A stretch of 8,184 bases of DNA from a virus (Duplodnaviria > Heunggongvirae > Uroviricota > Caudoviricetes). The stretch lies in IMG/VR virus record IMGVR_UViG_2617270945_000004; one strand, given 5' to 3'. Of the stretch, positions 7,059 to 8,184 are shown piece after piece. The position numbers were made by a program, and so were the translations under genes. Below the pieces are notes generated by a model. The model made no database searches. It was not told where the DNA came from and was given only the letters and a program-made list of their open reading frames with translations. The first letter of the stretch is position 1, and every line of letters begins with the position of its first letter.

Positions 7059-7096
7059 GTCACCGGAGTTGTTCAAGCTCCGATGACTTTATTATT
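7059..7096 (+). terminator. Terminator-like hairpin with T-tract on the plus strand, between the lipoprotein gene and ybcN
   Basis: gtcaccggag-ttgttcaag-ctccgatgac (9 of 10 bp pair) followed by tttattatt. No plus-strand gene is evident upstream of it, so its function is unclear. Confidence 0.25.
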
Positions 7097-7127
7097 ACGA
7101 ATTGATTTTACAAAATCAAAAGGTATG

Positions 7128-7580
7128 TTAGTGACGCGGGTCTGTTATTATGCGAGAAGGGTTTCCGTATAAAACAAGGACCTTACTTCCTTGAGTAAAT
7201 AACGGATCTTTGCCTTGAACAATGGTCATTAAATTCCCATTCTCAGTTTCGACAACATATTCCATGCCTGTTTGTTTTGTTGCTGAAGATTCGATTGCTG
7301 CCCCGGCAATACCACCAATGACTGCACCACCAACGGCACCAACGATATTAGAACGAACTCCCCCACCAAGCGCAGAACCAGCGGTTGCCCCCACGGCAGC
7401 CCCAGCAGTCCCGCCTAACGCGGAAGTCCCACTGATATCAACCCCCCTAGCACTAATAACTGTACCAGCGATAGTTCGATTAACCATGCCCACAGAGCCA
7501 ACAGAATAACTATTTGGCGATATATTTTGTGCGCATCCAACCAACACTAAGAGTGGAGCAATTACGAATAATCGCTTCAT
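7128..7580 (-). CDS. SlyB/Pcp-family outer-membrane lipoprotein with glycine-zipper domain (150-aa precursor)
   Basis: MKRLFVIAPLLVLVGCAQ...: signal peptide plus lipobox LVG-C. Central Gly/Ala-rich GxxxG-repeat segment (GGTAGAAVGATAGSALGGGVRSNIVGAVGGAVIGGIAGAAI). The C-terminal part (MEYVVETENGNLMTIVQGKDPLFTQGSKVLVLYGNPSRI) resembles the SlyB C-terminal beta region as I recall it. Confidence 0.7.
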   Translation of the reverse strand: MKRLFVIAPLLVLVGCAQNISPNSYSVGSVGMVNRTIAGTVISARGVDISGTSALGGTAGAAVGATAGSALGGGVRSNIVGAVGGAVIGGIAGAAIESSATKQTGMEYVVETENGNLMTIVQGKDPLFTQGSKVLVLYGNPSRIITDPRH

Positions 7581-7689
7581 TTAGCTACCCTAACAGGAAA
7601 CATTGGACGAGAAAGATCAACACTTTCTAATGCTTGCAAGAACTGCGTTATGTTGTTTTGCACCGCGCGATTAACAGATTCGCGTGCTC

Positions 7690-8184
7690 GGTAATGACTC
7701 CAACTTATTGATAGTGTTTTATGTTCAGATAATGCCCGATGACTTTGTCATGCAGCTCCACCGATTTTGAGAACGACAGCGACTTCCGTCCCAGCCGTGC
7801 CAGGTGCTGCCTCAGATTCAGGTTATGCCGCTCAATTCGCTGCGTATATCGCTTGCTGATTACGTGCAGCTTTCCCTTCAGGCGGGATTCATACAGCGGC
7901 CAGCCATCCGTCATCCATATCACCACGTCAAAGGGTGACAGCAGGCTCATAAGACGCCCCAGCGTCGCCATAGTGCGTTCACCGAATACGTGCGCAACAA
8001 CCGTCTTCCGGAGCCTGTCATACGCGTAAAACAGCCAGCGCTGGCGCGATTTAGCCCCGACATAGCCCCACTGTTCGTCCATTTCCGCGCAGACGATGAC
8101 GTCACTGCCCGGCTGTATGCGCGAGGTTACCGACTGCGGCCTGAGTTTTTTAAGTGACGTAAAATCGTGTTGAGGCCAACGCCC
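7690..8184 (-). mobile_element. IS1: IS1 insertion sequence, 3' portion (remainder outside window), inverted relative to the left copy; IRR-type terminus at 7690-7707 faces inward
   Basis: 7690 onward reads ggtaatgactccaacttattgatagtgttttatgttcagataatgcccgatgac..., the IS1 end as I recall it, continuing to the window edge. It encodes an InsB identical to the left copy on the minus strand. Confidence 0.93.
7705..8184 (-). CDS. insB: IS1 transposase InsB reading frame, C-terminal part (partial, 5' end outside window)
   Basis: ORF track 7705..8082 (125 aa from an internal Met, identical to 85..462). The frame stays open to 8184, reading ...[18 protein letters not shown]..., consistent with the InsB N-terminal region. 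Confidence 0.9.
   Translation of the reverse strand, partial: GRWPQHDFTSLKKLRPQSVTSRIQPGSDVIVCAEMDEQWGYVGAKSRQRWLFYAYDRLRKTVVAHVFGERTMATLGRLMSLLSPFDVVIWMTDGWPLYESRLKGKLHVISKRYTQRIERHNLNLRQHLARLGRKSLSFSKSVELHDKVIGHYLNIKHYQ

Noticed and set aside
7222-7509. 95-aa Pro/Ala-rich plus-strand ORF inside the lipoprotein gene
   Set aside because: Its composition is the mirror image of the Gly/Ala-rich coding strand; the minus-strand frame has the signal peptide, lipobox and SlyB-like C-terminus.
1-8184. CRISPR array or other regular short direct repeats
   Set aside because: No periodic repeat-spacer structure is visible anywhere in the window. The only repeats are the two IS1 copies and short local palindromes.

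Overview
This 8.2-kb window is a roughly 7.2-kb fragment of a DLP12 / phage-21-like lambdoid prophage, bracketed by two inverted, window-truncated IS1 copies (1-477 on +, 7690-8184 on -) whose IRR-type termini both face inward. All gene names rest on my recall of protein families from the supplied translations; no database search was run. Order, left to right: IS1 | ybcW-like (-) | DUF1398 ybcV-like (+) | bor lipoprotein (+) | lysis cassette on the minus strand (Rz with embedded Rz1, SAR endolysin, dual-start pinholin) | OmpC/NmpC-family porin (+, antisense to the late operon) | Q antiterminator (-) | tightly overlapping ylcG-rusA-ybcO-ninE-ybcN genes (-) | SlyB/Pcp-like glycine-zipper lipoprotein (-) | IS1. 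No rRNA, tRNA or CRISPR array was seen, and every called gene looks intact. I do not see convincing evidence of a wholly new system. The items most worth follow-up are the IS1-bracketed architecture, the SlyB-like lipoprotein at the IS1 junction, the antisense porin inside the late operon, an apparently complete Q-plus-lysis module in a remnant with no structural genes in view, and the uncharacterised ybcW/ybcV pair.
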